DNA of 64,000 nucleotides from Escherichia coli (GTDB lineage Bacteria; Pseudomonadota; Gammaproteobacteria; Enterobacterales; Enterobacteriaceae): NCBI RefSeq assembly GCF_017348835.2, contig NZ_CP071375.1; one strand, 5' to 3'. Shown piece by piece: positions 61,178 to 64,000 of this stretch (position 1 is its first letter; each line of letters starts with the position of its first letter). The notes under the pieces were generated by a model. It saw only the letters and a program-made list of their open reading frames with translations, ran no database searches and was not told where the DNA came from. The position numbers and the translations under genes were made by a program.

Positions 61178-61266
61178 GTCGTTACCCTTTTTCAGGCAAT
61201 AGTTGGCCCTGACCGAAGCGGCCAATTTTGTTTTTGTCGTTATTTACACCGCGGTTTCGCATTCAT

Positions 61267-61368
61267 TGCCTGATGCGACGCTGCCGCGTCTTATCAGGCC
61301 TACAAAACCGAACCGTAGGTCGGATAAGACGTTCACGCCGCATCCGACAAACAGCGCCTGATGCGACG
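61267..61368. repeat. REP elements between cpsG and cpsB
   Basis: TGCCTGATGCGACGCTGCCGCGTCTTATCAGGCCTACA and GTAGGTCGGATAAGACGTTCACGCCGCATCCGACA match REP consensus. Confidence 0.7.
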
Positions 61369-61369
61369 T

Positions 61370-62806
61370 TTACACCCGTCCGTAGCGATCCGCGAAGCGC
61401 ACCACATCATCCTCTTCGAGATAAGAGCCGGAGCGCACTTCAATTAAATCGAGCGGAATTTTCCCCGGGTTTTCCAGGCAGTGCGTCGCCCCCAGCGGAA
61501 TATAAATGGACTCGTTTTCACCAAGCAGTTTGATATCACCGTCAATAGTGACTTTTGCCGTTCCCGCGACCACCACCCAGTGTTCCGCGCGGTGATGGTG
61601 CATCTGTACCGACAAGCCTTCGCCCGGTTTCACGGTGATGCGTTTCACCTGGTAGCGGTCGCCCGCGTCGATAGAGTCATATTTGCCCCACGGGCGATAG
61701 ACTTCGCGATGTACCCGATGCTCATGGCGACCATCGGCTTTGATCTGCTCGACCACTTTTTTCACATCCTGCACCGCATTGCGGTCGGCAATCAGCACCG
61801 CATCTTTGGTCTGCACTACCACCAAATCTTTCACCCCGACGGTGGTGACCAGGCCAGATTCGGCATACACATAGCTGTTTTCAGTTTTGTGATTAATCAC
61901 ATCGCCATGGCAAACGTTGCCCTCGGCGGTGTGGGCACTGATCTCCCATAAAGAGGACCAGGAACCGACATCGCTCCAGCCCGCATCCATCGGCACCACA
62001 ACGGCATCTGCCGTACGTTCCATGACCGCGTAATCCACCGACTCTTCCGGGCAGGCGAGAAACGCTTCTTCATCCACGCGAATAAAATCGAGATCCGGAT
62101 CGACGGCGCTCATCGCTTTTTCACAGGCGTCAAGAATATCCGGGCGATATTTTTTCAGTTCTTCGAGATAGCGTCCGGCGCGGAACAGGAACATGCCGCT
62201 GTTCCAGTAATATTCGCCGCTTGCCACATAGGCCTGAGCGGTTTCCAGATTCGGTTTTTCGACAAACTGCGCCACTTCAAAGGCCACCATATCCTGCTCA
62301 CCCGCAGACACTTCACCGCGACGAATATAGCCATAACCGGTTTCAGGTAGATCCGGCACAATGCCGAAGGTCACCAGCTTGCCCGCTTCGGCATATGGCA
62401 TGGCATTACGCACGGCAGCACGGAACGCGTCTTCATCGGCAATCACATGATCCGCCGCCAATACCAGCATTAACGGGTCGTTCTCCGGGCTATGACGTTT
62501 TGCCGCCAGCGCCGCCAGCGCAATGGCAGGTGCAGTGTTACGCCCTGCAGGTTCGAGAATAATGTTCTCGGTGAGTTTGTTCAGTTGGCGCAGCTGTTCC
62601 GCGACAATAAAGCGGTGCTGCTCATTGCAAATCACCACCGGGCTTTCGCACTCTACGCCGTTCAGGCGGCAGATGGTGGTTTGCAGCATGGTGAGATCGC
62701 CTTTCAGGCATAAAAACTGCTTGGGGTAAAGTACGCGGGAAAGCGGCCATAAGCGGCTACCGGAGCCACCTGCCATCACAACTGGATAGAGTTTCGACTG
62801 CGCCAT
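61370..62806 (-). CDS. cpsB: Mannose-1-phosphate guanylyltransferase
   Basis: 478 aa; [25 protein letters not shown]-terminal cupin; E. coli CpsB/ManC. Confidence 0.9.
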   Translation of the reverse strand: MAQSKLYPVVMAGGSGSRLWPLSRVLYPKQFLCLKGDLTMLQTTICRLNGVECESPVVICNEQHRFIVAEQLRQLNKLTENIILEPAGRNTAPAIALAALAAKRHSPENDPLMLVLAADHVIADEDAFRAAVRNAMPYAEAGKLVTFGIVPDLPETGYGYIRRGEVSAGEQDMVAFEVAQFVEKPNLETAQAYVASGEYYWNSGMFLFRAGRYLEELKKYRPDILDACEKAMSAVDPDLDFIRVDEEAFLACPEESVDYAVMERTADAVVVPMDAGWSDVGSWSSLWEISAHTAEGNVCHGDVINHKTENSYVYAESGLVTTVGVKDLVVVQTKDAVLIADRNAVQDVKKVVEQIKADGRHEHRVHREVYRPWGKYDSIDAGDRYQVKRITVKPGEGLSVQMHHHRAEHWVVVAGTAKVTIDGDIKLLGENESIYIPLGATHCLENPGKIPLDLIEVRSGSYLEEDDVVRFADRYGRV

Positions 62807-62808
62807 AA

Positions 62809-64000
62809 TTATCCCCGAATATCATTTATAAATTGACGTAACACGTTCTCTTTATCGAGCGTGCGTTCGGCATATTCACGTGCCACCGTGTTGTGTTTGG
62901 GCAGCAGGAGCGCCTGACGAATCCCCGCCACCAGCGCCTCGACCGATTCCGGTTCCACGCAAACCGCAATGCCCGGAAAGGTTTCGCAAAGCTGTCCCAG
63001 TTCTGTGTGGGCTTCTGCGGTAATCACCGCGTTACCGCCTACCGCCAGAATATTGGTCAGTTTCGACGGCAATACGGCATCTGCCGCGCCGCGTTTTTGC
63101 ACCACCAGATGGCAATCCCCCATCTTCAGCAGTGCGGGTAAAGCGTCATACGATTGCAGCGGGAAAAATTGCATGTTGCGCAGTCCACGCTGCTGCGCCA
63201 TTTTTTCCAGCCGCGCTTTGCCGCCGCCCTGCCCGACAATGGCAAAAATCAGCGGTTCATCGCGCAGGCGTTCGGCAGCTTCAATAACGTTTTCCAGCCC
63301 CTGCTTTTCACCAATATTGCCGGAGTAAAGAATGATTTTTTTGTTATCCGGCAGGCCAAGCTGGTTACGAAGGGCATCAACATCGGCATCTGCAACATGC
63401 TGAAAACGGGCAATTTCCGACCAGTTGGGGAAGAAGATGACGTTCTCCTCCGCCACACCTTTTTCGATGGCTTTATTCATCATCGAACGCGAAATCGTGG
63501 AGACGTTATCGACGTTATGCAGTCCGCTACGTTCGAACGCCGTCGCCAGCTGTGCCACTTTGCCGCCTTTGCCTTTTCCGGCAAGGCCCAGCCCCAGCAT
63601 GGCGTCCACTTCGTAATCCTGAATATGCAGCACGGTACGCGCGCCAGAGAGTTTCGCCAGCAGGCGCATTCCCGGCGTGCAAAACAGCGTTGGCACTACG
63701 CCGATAATGCGCTCCGGCTTCCAGCGACGTTGCGCCATCAACGGGAAAAAACTGCTGACGGCAAAACTGCCGAGATGCAACAGGCGTTTCAGGGTGCTCG
63801 GCTGTTTTGGCACGTACAGCGGGCAGCGCCACACCGTGGCGGCCCCCTCTTCTCGTTTGTAGCGCCAGGCGGAATAGTTCTCGCCCACCTGCCACTGCGG
63901 GTAGTAAGGCGGTGCGGTAATGACCCGCACCTCATGACCTTGTGCCGCCAGCCATTCCACCATCTCGCCGGTGTATTTGCCGATGCCAGTTAACTCCGGC
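62809..64000 (-). CDS. wcaI: Colanic acid biosynthesis glycosyltransferase WcaI (3' part; start lies beyond window end)
   Basis: ORF 62809..63963 open to the window end; translation matches E. coli WcaI from about residue 24 onward as recalled. Confidence 0.85.
   Translation of the reverse strand, partial: PELTGIGKYTGEMVEWLAAQGHEVRVITAPPYYPQWQVGENYSAWRYKREEGAATVWRCPLYVPKQPSTLKRLLHLGSFAVSSFFPLMAQRRWKPERIIGVVPTLFCTPGMRLLAKLSGARTVLHIQDYEVDAMLGLGLAGKGKGGKVAQLATAFERSGLHNVDNVSTISRSMMNKAIEKGVAEENVIFFPNWSEIARFQHVADADVDALRNQLGLPDNKKIILYSGNIGEKQGLENVIEAAERLRDEPLIFAIVGQGGGKARLEKMAQQRGLRNMQFFPLQSYDALPALLKMGDCHLVVQKRGAADAVLPSKLTNILAVGGNAVITAEAHTELGQLCETFPGIAVCVEPESVEALVAGIRQALLLPKHNTVAREYAERTLDKENVLRQFINDIRG

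Overview
The window reads as an Escherichia coli-type chromosomal segment covering the his-gnd-O-antigen-colanic acid region. All family and gene assignments come from reading the supplied translations and the sequence against remembered protein families and K-12 gene order; no database search was run. Gene order, left to right: (1) two divergently arranged galactitol-family PTS loci with DeoR- and SorC-type regulators and an RpiB-like isomerase (1-5788), which I do not recall at this position in K-12; (2) ldtA(erfK)-cobT-cobS-cobU; (3) a short junction holding a EutP/PduV-like gene remnant, with no prophage where K-12 carries CP4-44; (4) yeeX, yeeA, sbmC, dacD, sbcB, yeeD, yeeE, plaP, yeeY, yeeZ; (5) REP elements where K-12 carries the yefM-yoeB toxin-antitoxin pair; (6) the complete his operon (hisL leader and attenuator, hisGDCBHAFI); (7) wzzB, ugd, gnd; (8) an AT-rich ~19 kb O-antigen gene cluster of 18 minus-strand genes between gnd and galF, preceded by a JUMPstart/ops element. 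It encodes a nine-gene legionaminic-acid-type nonulosonic acid pathway, an unassigned 529-aa candidate transferase, Wzx, Wzy, a GT-B glycosyltransferase, the fnlABC L-FucNAc pathway, wbuB and wbuC; (9) galF and the distal colanic acid genes wcaM, wcaL, wcaK, a tandem REP array, wzxC, wcaJ, cpsG, cpsB and wcaI (5' end beyond the window). No rRNA, tRNA, CRISPR array, IS element or prophage was found. I found no convincing wholly novel system: the most interesting content is the serotype-specific O-antigen cluster, in particular the unassigned 529-aa protein, and the accessory PTS island with its recurring palindromic operator-like motif. Coordinates of non-coding features were counted by hand and may be off by 1-2 bp.
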